IMG/VR virus record: IMGVR_UViG_3300029955_000023
Source: an uncultured virus (IMG/VR IMGVR_UViG_3300029955_000023)
Taxonomy: Duplodnaviria; Heunggongvirae; Uroviricota; Caudoviricetes
Reading direction: 5' to 3' (one strand)
Length of the DNA: 20,000 nucleotides
Of this stretch, positions 1 through 8,500 are shown piece by piece. The first letter of the stretch is position 1. The number at the start of each line of letters is the position of its first letter. The notes under the pieces were generated by a model, which made no database searches, was not told the DNA's origin, and saw nothing but the letters and a program-made list of their open reading frames with translations. The position numbers and the translations under genes are program-made.

Positions 1-1430
1 AGATAGAAAGGCGATGTCGGCGTGCGGGTATTTGTATCCGTAGTTTTTGTGCCGTTCAGATCAATGATGCCTGCCGATGCTTTCCACGATAGCCCCGTAT
101 CGTTCGCCCCGGTCCATGTGGCCGTATTGCTGGAACTGAGAACCGAAGCAAGCGCGGTCGTAGCGTTGTTTCCCGCTGTCTTTCCGAGCATAACAGCGCC
201 GTTCGCACTTACAAGCGTGGAGGCAGTCGAAGCAATACCGTCAGGCGTATTGATGACGAGCGCCCCGCCCGCCCCCTGCAACGCCACCAACGCCGGCCCA
301 ATGATCTGCACCACGTCCGCCGCGCGGGTGACGGCGCTTGCGGCGGTTGGGATCGCGCTCGTAGCAAACGCGCCCAATTCGACTTGCGGATATGTCATCG
401 TGCCGAGGGACGTGACGGTCACAACGAGCGAGGTCGTCGAGGTCGTTCCGGTGTAAGTCGTGCGTGTTGGATAGGCGCTGCCGGTCATAACCTGCGTCAG
501 CGCACCGGACAGCGTAAGGACGCCCGTGCCGTAGAAACTGACCGAGTAGGCCGAACCGCTGGCGACAGTGATCGTCTGCGTGGCGGGGGCGTTGCTGTTG
601 AGGAACAGGTTCGTCCTACTCTCTTCGATCCGCAGCCCTAGCGGCGCGAGCGTGGTGGGGCTGTAGTCGAAAGCAGGTCCGAAAAAGGATGCGCTGGTCG
701 TAGCGACCTGATCTTGAGCGCGGGGGGCTGTTTCGTAGGTGACGGCGGAAAGGGTGACGCCGCCCACATACATCGTCGAGTTGGCTACTCCATCTGGTCG
801 CAGCCATGGATAAATTTGTGTGACCGTCGTTTTGAATGCAATATAGATCTTAAACAAGCCCCCGCCCAACGAGATCGAACCATATGTTAAGTTGGAATAC
901 CCACCTATTGCAGCCGGTGCAGACGCCCCGCCAGTCGTGGCGTTGAAAGTCACCAATGCATAATCTGCCCCGTCCGTGAACGCGATAAGTGTGGTTGAAG
1001 CGGAAGTGCCGGCGGACATGTACGTGGAAAGAATATAATTCCCGCTTTGAACGCTAATTGGGTTGACTGCTTGAATCTGGGCAGTGCCACCATAACCCGT
1101 AACCTGCCAGAGATTGCCCGCTGGTGACGAAACAGCCGAAGCAGAAACGATTTCGCTAGGCCCCTGCCACCCGAGGGTGTTGCTTAAAGCGTTGCTATAC
1201 AACGCCAAATTATTCGGCGCATACGTAATCGCCCCCGTCGCGCCGGTGATCGTCCGCAGCGACGGGCCGCTGTAGGTGTAGTTCGCGGGGTCGAGAGCGC
1301 CGCCGAGAAAGTTTGTGTATACGGTCGGCTTTACGCCGCCGCTAAACAGCAACAGTTCCTGCCCCGGCGTCGCAGCAATCGCCCCCGCCGCAACCAGCAT
1401 AGCCCCAATAAAAGCGATCAGTCCCCGCAT
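1..1430 (-). CDS. Phage head-spike/fibre-like protein (>476 aa, 3' end outside the window; absent from the ORF track)
   Basis: Manual translation from ATG at 1430 (AGGA upstream) stays open to base 1: MRGLIAFIGAMLVAAGAIAATPGQELLLFSGG...FDYSPTTLAPLGLRIEESRTNLFLNS...QVELGAFATSAIPTAASAVTRAADVV. The GL.IEE.RTNL and Q.E.G.FATS.IPT....TRAAD motifs match my recollection of RcGTA-type head-spike fibre and related phage fibre proteins. Confidence 0.85.
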   Translation of the reverse strand, partial: MRGLIAFIGAMLVAAGAIAATPGQELLLFSGGVKPTVYTNFLGGALDPANYTYSGPSLRTITGATGAITYAPNNLALYSNALSNTLGWQGPSEIVSASAVSSPAGNLWQVTGYGGTAQIQAVNPISVQSGNYILSTYMSAGTSASTTLIAFTDGADYALVTFNATTGGASAPAAIGGYSNLTYGSISLGGGLFKIYIAFKTTVTQIYPWLRPDGVANSTMYVGGVTLSAVTYETAPRAQDQVATTSASFFGPAFDYSPTTLAPLGLRIEESRTNLFLNSNAPATQTITVASGSAYSVSFYGTGVLTLSGALTQVMTGSAYPTRTTYTGTTSTTSLVVTVTSLGTMTYPQVELGAFATSAIPTAASAVTRAADVVQIIGPALVALQGAGGALVINTPDGIASTASTLVSANGAVMLGKTAGNNATTALASVLSSSNTATWTGANDTGLSWKASAGIIDLNGTKTTDTNTRTPTSPFY

Positions 1431-1434
1431 CGTC

Positions 1435-2025
1435 TCAGTCCTGCAACATGGTGTAAGTAAACACGAGATCTGTCGTGCTCGCGGGCGTCGGCGTGCCGGT
1501 CGTGACCGCACAAACGTAAAGATTGGTCGTCGGCGTCGTGTCGGCGTTCTTGACGGATTCGTTAACGCTCTGGCCAGATGTCGTCTGCGTCGTTCCCGCC
1601 GTCGCGGATGGCGTCAGCGTGATCGGGAAACCCGGCAGGAGGTTGGGGAGATCGGCCGAACTGAGCACAAAAGTTACGTGGTCGGTGCATGTCGAAGCTG
1701 GCGACTTGTTGAATACATAGATCGCCTCGGTGGCCGTCAGACCCCCCTTGGAGGCGATGCCGATATAATTCAAAATCCCGCTCGGCTGTACGGGGGTGCG
1801 GAAAATAGATACTGTCTGCACGCCGCCGACCGCCATATTAGCCGTATAGGCGCTGTTCGTTACGGTCGGATTCGCGGAGATCGGACCGGCGTTGAGGCTG
1901 GCCGACGTGTAGCCCCCACCCGCAGGGCCAGAGCCTCCACCGCCGCTCGCGATTTGTGCGTCCGTACGTCCAGCGAAGATCGCGAACAGAATCGCCGCGA
2001 GGACCAGCTTCGCTAAAGATTTCAT
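1435..2025 (-). CDS. Hypothetical beta-rich virion-associated protein with signal-peptide-like N-terminus (196 aa)
   Basis: Strong SD (AGGAG) before ATG 2025. N-terminus MKSLAKLVLAAILFAIFAGRTDA-Q. Thr/Ser-rich body with two Cys. Ends 4 nt before the spike gene start. Confidence 0.85.
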   Translation of the reverse strand: MKSLAKLVLAAILFAIFAGRTDAQIASGGGGSGPAGGGYTSASLNAGPISANPTVTNSAYTANMAVGGVQTVSIFRTPVQPSGILNYIGIASKGGLTATEAIYVFNKSPASTCTDHVTFVLSSADLPNLLPGFPITLTPSATAGTTQTTSGQSVNESVKNADTTPTTNLYVCAVTTGTPTPASTTDLVFTYTMLQD

Positions 2026-2037
2026 GCGTATCTCCTA

Positions 2038-2112
2038 CTAGACGAAACAGAGGATGACGGCGAACGCCCACGCTCCGAGGATCGCGGCGGCGGTGTATCG
2101 CCGCCACGACAT
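2038..2112 (-). CDS. Putative 24-aa single-pass membrane microprotein (MSWRRYTAAAILGAWAFAVILCFV)
   Basis: Fills the gap between two genes almost exactly. Basic N-terminus followed by an 18-residue hydrophobic stretch, with tandem TAG TAG stops. SD is weak. Confidence 0.45.
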   Translation of the reverse strand: MSWRRYTAAAILGAWAFAVILCFV

Positions 2113-2119
2113 CGTAGGG

Positions 2120-2386
2120 TCACTTGCTTGGAGACGTCGGCGCATTGGCTTTCACCGCATCCGCTTTCAGCTTGTCGTTCTCCGCCTTGAGCGCGGCGTT
2201 CTCTTTCGCCAAGGCAATGATATCGTCAAATACATGTTGCTGCTGAGTGTTGAACGCCTGCCAATCCCGGTCGAGCGTCGAAAGAACCGTAGGCGGCGGA
2301 GTTGGCGTAGCCTGTTGCGCCCCGGCGGCGGCGGAATAGGCCATAGATCCTGCAAATATGGCGTTTTTTAATAGGGTGAGTTTCAT
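2120..2386 (-). CDS. Small signal-peptide and coiled-coil protein (88 aa)
   Basis: GAGAG upstream of ATG. MKLTLLKNAIFAGSMAYSAAAGA-QQ, then heptad-like LAKENAALKAENDKLKADA. Confidence 0.8.
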   Translation of the reverse strand: MKLTLLKNAIFAGSMAYSAAAGAQQATPTPPPTVLSTLDRDWQAFNTQQQHVFDDIIALAKENAALKAENDKLKADAVKANAPTSPSK

Positions 2387-2406
2387 TGCTGTTCTCTCAG
2401 GTGCGT

Positions 2407-5358
2407 TTAGTACACGACATTATACTGGTTGACGACGTTCGTCACCGTCCCGACATTAACCGCGTTCGTATATCCGTGCATATCATTTCCAATGACAATC
2501 GCGGAAGTCCCGGCTCCGAGCGCCACGCCGCTCGCCGAACCGCCCGTCACGTCGGATGTGTTTCCCTGAATAACTGCTCGGGTAGTCGTCCCGAGGTTGG
2601 TATAGAACCCTCCGGCTGGCCCAAACTGATGATTCCCGATCATCGTCACGGTTGTCGTTGTCGCGCCGCTGGTGGTAGCATACGCATATCCGCCAACCGA
2701 GCCTGTAACGATGAAGTCGGTCAGCGTATTATTGCTCATTCGGTTATCTTGTGCGGTCCCCGTATTCACTATCATTGCCGTATCGACACCATCGAATTGA
2801 GAATTGGCTAGTGTTACAGGGCCGTTGTCGGTAAAAGATCCACAACAGGCCGTGGCGAAGTCCTCTCCTATACCTTGGTTGTAGCCCCACGCCTGCTCGT
2901 TATCGAACAGTAGCCAGTCGCTATGCTGTACATACGCAACAAACCCGTTTAGAGCCACCCATCCGCGCAGATGGCTCGACGGCGACGAATCAGCATTCCA
3001 CAACGCCCCTGAGTTCCAGTGGTTGTGGTCAATAGTGGTCCAGTCAACGATAAAGTTGATGTAGTAGCAGGCGTAGATGCACGAACCGTTGTTTCGCTGC
3101 ACATGAAGTCGCCCGACGCCAGAACTAGCATACGACCCTGCTAGCCCCATCGACTCATAGGAATTTGCGAAGAAATTATCCGCGATTGTTTGGTTTACGT
3201 TTCCGATTGTTCCGTTCGAAGTAAACAATGCAATCGTCGGCCCATATACGGTCGGCGATGCCGATGCGGCGCTCTGGCTGGGGTACCAAAACCCGCAGTT
3301 TCTCACCCCAGAATCATAGTCCAAAAGAATTGCTGCGTTCGTGTAAGCAACTGATCCAGAGCCCCACAATACCGCGAACACGGAACCTTTGCCGCCATAC
3401 GCCATCGTGTTTGAGTCAAAAACGCTGCCGTTGTTGGCGCACTGTAGCGTAACGCCGGATTTCACTGTTACTTGGGATTTGAGATTGATGTAGCCCACAC
3501 CCATCCAGACTACGCCGCCGCCTGCCGTGTTAGCGGTGTTTATAAATCCCTGCACACAACTCGCCTCGTCGCCGCTGCTCGTAGTTGTGCTGACAGCGCA
3601 TGACGAAGCGTCGTAAACGTTAGTCAACCCGCCGCTCGTGATCGTGTTGCATCCGAACCCCGTCGAGGTCGTCCACGTTAGGGCGCTCGATCCCGCCGAG
3701 CACGAGGGCATACTGACCGCGGTTGGCGACGCGGCCCCTGCCGTGGCGTTGGCGAGGACTGTATTCGCCGTCTGCGTGGCTAATTCCGCAAGCGTGATCG
3801 ACGCTGACGGAAATGTCTGCGTCGCCAACCATGTATTGGCGTGACTGAGGTTGACGTTGATCGCCCCGGACGTGTTGGCGAGCGTCGTGCCGTCCGGCTT
3901 GACGCCACCGAGCACCGAGTTCGTCGCCGTGGGGAGAACATAGGCTGTCGCATAGGCCCCGGTTCCGAACGCCCCGCCCGCCGCCGAGGTCAAGCTCGAC
4001 CCCGTGACGCCGCTCGCCAGCGTTGCGCCCGTCAGCGTCCCGGCGGCGGCCGCCACTGTACACGTCGATCCCAACGTGCAGCTTTGCCCGTTTACCGTTG
4101 TAGACGAGTAGACCAAATCCGCGTTGGTGACGAGCCCCGTCGCTGTAAACGTCGTGGTGACGGTGAAGCTAGGGGCGGTCAAACCGCTCGGCAGTGTCGT
4201 GGAGATCGACGGCGCGCCGCCAGAGGACGTGACTAGAACGCCGTTGTTCGCCGTCGCCAGCCCGGTAACGGTAGTCCCCGCCGTGCTATAGTAGGCGAGG
4301 TTGTTGGTCGATCCCGAGCTCACCGTGCCGCCGCCGCCGCCCGTCGTGCAGGCTCCCCCCGCATCCTGCACGCCCGTTGAGGACCATTGCAGGCAGTGCC
4401 CCGGCACAAGCGTTGGGGAATTGTTAGCGAGCACGATACCCGTCGAGGCGTTCGTGTTGACGCCGAGAGCCGGGGATACGCCTGTCCCGAGATTTATCGA
4501 TGTTCCCCACGCCGACCCGGTGCTAACCGCCACGCCTGCGCCTGGGTATATCATGCCTCCCCCACCAGAGCACGCGCCACCCGCGTCCTGCACGCCCGTT
4601 GAGGACCATCGCAGGCAATCGCCAATAGTAGGCGAGCCGTTGACCAGCGTCATTCCTCCCGAGGCGTTCGTGTTGACGCCAATCGCCGTCGCGACGCCAC
4701 TTCCAGGATTAATAAACGTCGGCGCGGAAACCCCGTTGAACTCTGGGATGCCAGCGGGGTTTGCCGTGCCTGTACCGCCGTTGATAGTGGGCAAAACAGC
4801 AACATCTTTGAGCAGCGTCCCTGTCGTGTTATTCCATATAGCGATGTCGCCCGCCGTAGTCGTGCCCGGTCCGACAATCCCTCCGGCTGCAAACGGGAAA
4901 TTGTATGTCGTCCCGTTGTAAATAAAGGCTAAAGGTAATTGCAAGGCTCCGGCCGCCGCTCCAAAATCCAGAAGGCCGCCGCCCTGCGCATTCGGGTCGA
5001 GACAGAGATAGTGATAGCCTGTCGGGTTATCCGTCGGTCCATCGAACATGCAGAAATGTTCGCCGAGTGGGCCATTGCCATTGCTGGCGTATGGAGGCGT
5101 GTATGCGCCGTGACCCGCGCGCGAGGTAATCCCCAATTCGGCAGTATTGGCGCCCAATCCGCCGCCGCCCGCGCCGCCTGCATCCATTACGATAGGTTGC
5201 GAAAATCCATCGCCGACATATTGCATTACGTGACCGGACGTTATCGGACCGGCTTGTAGGATAGTAGATTGGGCAAACGCCAAAGACGGAGCCAGCAGGG
5301 CCAGCGCCATCGAAATGGCTGACTTCCAAGGCGCGCGGCGGGCCAACCTGTTATTCAT
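2407..5358 (-). CDS. Tail fibre/tailspike-like protein with Gly/Thr-rich stalk and C-terminal pectate-lyase-like beta-helix (983 aa)
   Basis: Long G/T/S-rich repeats. The segment VQGFINTANTAGGGVVWMGVGYINLKSQVTVKSGVTLQC resembles the start of a pectate_lyase_3-type beta-helix and is followed by Asn-ladder-like rungs (IADNFF, MIGNH, IQGNT, VIGND). ATGA overlap with the upstream gene. Signal-peptide-like N-terminus. Confidence 0.8.
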   Translation of the reverse strand: MNNRLARRAPWKSAISMALALLAPSLAFAQSTILQAGPITSGHVMQYVGDGFSQPIVMDAGGAGGGGLGANTAELGITSRAGHGAYTPPYASNGNGPLGEHFCMFDGPTDNPTGYHYLCLDPNAQGGGLLDFGAAAGALQLPLAFIYNGTTYNFPFAAGGIVGPGTTTAGDIAIWNNTTGTLLKDVAVLPTINGGTGTANPAGIPEFNGVSAPTFINPGSGVATAIGVNTNASGGMTLVNGSPTIGDCLRWSSTGVQDAGGACSGGGGMIYPGAGVAVSTGSAWGTSINLGTGVSPALGVNTNASTGIVLANNSPTLVPGHCLQWSSTGVQDAGGACTTGGGGGTVSSGSTNNLAYYSTAGTTVTGLATANNGVLVTSSGGAPSISTTLPSGLTAPSFTVTTTFTATGLVTNADLVYSSTTVNGQSCTLGSTCTVAAAAGTLTGATLASGVTGSSLTSAAGGAFGTGAYATAYVLPTATNSVLGGVKPDGTTLANTSGAINVNLSHANTWLATQTFPSASITLAELATQTANTVLANATAGAASPTAVSMPSCSAGSSALTWTTSTGFGCNTITSGGLTNVYDASSCAVSTTTSSGDEASCVQGFINTANTAGGGVVWMGVGYINLKSQVTVKSGVTLQCANNGSVFDSNTMAYGGKGSVFAVLWGSGSVAYTNAAILLDYDSGVRNCGFWYPSQSAASASPTVYGPTIALFTSNGTIGNVNQTIADNFFANSYESMGLAGSYASSGVGRLHVQRNNGSCIYACYYINFIVDWTTIDHNHWNSGALWNADSSPSSHLRGWVALNGFVAYVQHSDWLLFDNEQAWGYNQGIGEDFATACCGSFTDNGPVTLANSQFDGVDTAMIVNTGTAQDNRMSNNTLTDFIVTGSVGGYAYATTSGATTTTVTMIGNHQFGPAGGFYTNLGTTTRAVIQGNTSDVTGGSASGVALGAGTSAIVIGNDMHGYTNAVNVGTVTNVVNQYNVVY
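4327..4713 (-). repeat. Intragenic duplicated module (two ~55-aa copies, about 4557-4713 and 4327-4497)
   Basis: INPGSGVATAIGVNTNASGG...CLRWSSTGVQDAGGACSGGGG versus INLGTGVSPALGVNTNASTG...CLQWSSTGVQDAGGACTTGGGGG. Identical DNA blocks gaggcgttcgtgttgacgcc and tcctgcacgcccgttgaggaccat occur in both copies. Confidence 0.9.
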
Positions 5359-5507
5359 TTAGGTTTCTCGTGAGACCTGAGGGAATGTTGCGCGCGACCT
5401 GACTCGTGCCCAATGGGCTTGCCTTTGAACTCGACGCGCTGGGGCTTGCGCGGCTTGGGCGGCGGTCGGACGGCTTGATGGGCCGGGCTGGCGGGCGCGT
5501 CGGTCAT
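5355..5507 (-). CDS. Small basic protein (50 aa, MTDAPASPAHQAVRPPPKPRKPQRVEFKGKPIGHESGRAQHSLRSHEKPK)
   Basis: Start overlaps the giant gene's stop (ATGA 5507-5504) and stop overlaps the fibre gene's start (ATGA 5358-5355), so it is coupled at both ends. The longer start at 5660 in the track is unlikely. Confidence 0.7.
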   Translation of the reverse strand: MTDAPASPAHQAVRPPPKPRKPQRVEFKGKPIGHESGRAQHSLRSHEKPK

Positions 5508-8500
5508 TGGCCGACCCCGAGCTTCGCCATTTTTTGCCGCGTCGCGTCGGCCATGATCTGTGGATATTTCATGAAAAGCACCCCGCGCGCCGCCTCGCGG
5601 CTGTGTTCGACGATGGCCTTGACCGCATCGACGCGGACGCCAACGGGCCATTGACGCCAATCCGGTGAACGCACGAACACGTCGAGGCGCTGTTTCGCCA
5701 TCCGGCCGGCGATGCGCGCGAAGTCATCATACTGCTGGTCTGTCAATTGCACATTTCGGATGGTTCGATCAACGGGGGCTATCCCGATCCCAAGTTGCGC
5801 GAGCGATATGTTCACCGGGTCTTGGCTCATCCGCTGTTCGTAAATCGCGGTGGCCCCGGCGGCGATCAGCGCATCGCGCGACGGAATCGGCTGGCCCCAA
5901 ATGTCGAGACGCGGAAACAGTTCTTCCGACATGCCGGGAGTTTTGGCGCGGATCGAGTCCATGACCGTGCGGGCCTGCCGAGAGTATGGGTCGCTTGCGC
6001 GCGCCATCTGCGCCATGCCGACGCTATACGGCACGAAAGACGATGCGAAATTCTGGATATAACGCTCGCCATAGCGGCCTGGGTCTTCAACGGCCTGGAT
6101 CAGTTCGGCCGGCCCGCGCATGAACGACTCGTCCAGCACGTTTTGCGTGACCGCGTGCTGCATCAGCGCGGCGGCCTGCAGCATGTCGCCGGTCGACGCC
6201 GTGTGCGCCACGTCGTACAGATCGGCTGACATGCCGAGCAGCATCCCGAGCGGCCCGAGCCGGTTCATCGCATACCAAGTGTCTCCGATCCGAACGGAAT
6301 GCGGCTGGTTTCCGGCCATGCGCCACATCGCGGCCTTGTTGCGATCCATCGGGCCAGAGCCGCTCACGTAGCCACTGGCGGCGAGCGAGCCGAAGCCAAT
6401 CGACAGCGCCGTGCCGACGATCATGCGGGCCTGCGCCATGTCCTGCGCGGCGACGCCGTTGCGGCCCATCAGGTCCGCGCGGATTTCCGACGACAGCAGG
6501 CCGGCGGGCGTCCGCTGCACGATGGACTGGTCGATGATATTCGCCGCGATGTGGACGAACGGGTCGATAAACTTGAGGATCGGCGTCTCGCCGAGGCCGG
6601 GCAGATTCGGAGCCCAATTGGTCAGTTTCGATAGGTGCTCGACGAACTTGCCGGCAGGCCCCATGAGCGTGAGGTCCGTCGCCCCCTTCGTCGAGGCCGA
6701 CATGATGTCATCGGGCGTGTTCAATCGCAATTGCGCGATCTTCGCCGCGTCGCCTTCGGCCTGCCGGTAGATCAGCGCCGATTTCTCGATGCTGTAATTC
6801 ATGGCTCGAAAAAAGGTGTGGATAGATGCGATGGCGCGGCTCGGCGCGCGCGCAAGCTGCCCGATCGGGATCACGCCCCCTCGAACCCGGACGTCGAAGA
6901 TAGCGCCCATCGGCGAATACATCGGCGCGGCGGTGCGCTCGCCGGCCGGCGTCGCCTCAAGCACCTTGCCTATGGCGAGCGCGCCGTCGAGCACTCCACG
7001 AAACGCGCCGAAGATCGCCGCCTTGGCGTCCGCGCGCGTCGCGCCCTCGTTCAGCATCTTGCCGGCCAGCGGGAGCGCCTGCTCCGGCTGATAGGGGAGG
7101 GCACGCACCTTGTCTTGGCCGGGAAGCCGCCCGGTCAGGCCGGTGCGGAAAGCGTCGGCCGCCGCTGTGACCGCCGGGATATAGCCAGACGCCGCGCCGC
7201 GTAGTCTGGCCGCCACCTCGCCGAAGCGGACTACGTTCGAAGTGTCGCGACCCATTGGGCCGCGCAGCGCGCCCAGCGCGGCGGCTGTGGTGGTTTCGAG
7301 CAAGCCCTTCTGCATCGACAGGATCATGTTGCCGATCACGTAGGTTGTATGCGTCGCCGGGCCGGAGATCAGCCCGTTGATCCAGTATTCCAGCAACATG
7401 CGACCGAACGAATGCTTCGCGGTCGCGTCGGTCAGATAGGCGATGGCTTCCGGCGTCTCGTAGGCCGCCAACAGCTTCATCTCCTGCGTCTTTTGGTAGA
7501 GCGTGCGGCCGGTCGCCGCGAGCATCACCTTGTCGATATCGCCCTGCATCATGCGGAAGATGTTGAGCGCGCGGCCCGCCTCCGCCGTCGCGCCCATGAT
7601 CGACTTAAGCACCATGTCGAGCCGGGCCTGTTCGGTCGCGAACGCCAGCACGCCTTCCGGCGACTCATCCTTGAGCCGCGAGATGCGCCCTACCTCGTTG
7701 GCTTGGTCGGTCAATAGCTCCTTGAGCGCCACGATCTGCTCGGCGTTCATCGCTCGCCCGCGCACCCAGCCATCGACCAAATCGGCCGCGCCAAACTTAC
7801 CCATCGCCGCGGCTAGTTCCTGCGTTTGCGCCCACGTCGTCGGCGCGCGGCGGTCGCCGATGAAGTCGCCATTCGCCTCGGAGCGCGCCTTGATCGCCGC
7901 CCACACGTCGTCGGCGACGTTGATGTTGGCGCGCTTGAAATTGCCCGCCTTGTCTACGTAGGGGGATTCTCCGTCCCCGATGAGCCTGACGGGCCGGGGG
8001 GCGAGGGGGGCATCCCTAAGAGGGTCGCTAGATTCGGGTCGTCCGCTGGCGGAGCCTCCGGCGGTGGGCTTGCCGACTTCTGCCGGAGCTGCATTTCCGC
8101 CTGCGCGCTCCTGGCCGCCTGCGCCGCCCATGACGCCGCCGCCGGACTGAGCCCCGGCTTGGCCGCCACCGCCGACCATTTCTGGTAATCCGACGTCGCC
8201 GCGTCCAACTTCTCCTGCGGCGTCGCCTCCTGGTCCTGCTGCTGCGGCTTCGACTTCTTGGACGGCTTGGGCGATTTCATCGGCGATCTCCGTCGGCGGT
8301 TGAGCGTCGTCAAAATGCGGCCGCTCGGCCTCGACCCGGTCGGCCGCGCCGCTCGCGTGTTCGTGCGGCGTCTGCTCGGCGGCTTCCGCGTGGAGGTCGT
8401 CGAGGCCGCGCCCCGGTTCCGCGTGCGGCGCGATCACCGTAGCGCGATCTTTCGTCTCGTGCATGTATTCGAACACGCTGCGTAGCGCCGGACTGATTTC

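Noticed and set aside
22..2016. + strand ORFs 22-456, 384-641 and 1315-2016
   Set aside because: Shadows of the minus-strand spike gene and the 196-aa gene.
2120..2386. Possible spanin or lysis cassette
   Set aside because: No lipobox Cys, no nested o-spanin and no adjacent endolysin or holin.
4327..4713. Repeat pair as a possible DGR template/variable repeat or CRISPR
   Set aside because: Both copies are in frame in mid-gene, the differences include an indel and do not look adenine-specific, no reverse transcriptase is in the window, and there is no repeat-spacer periodicity.
4301..4921. 206-aa + strand Pro-rich ORF with an internal repeat
   Set aside because: Antisense mirror of the Gly-rich fibre repeats.
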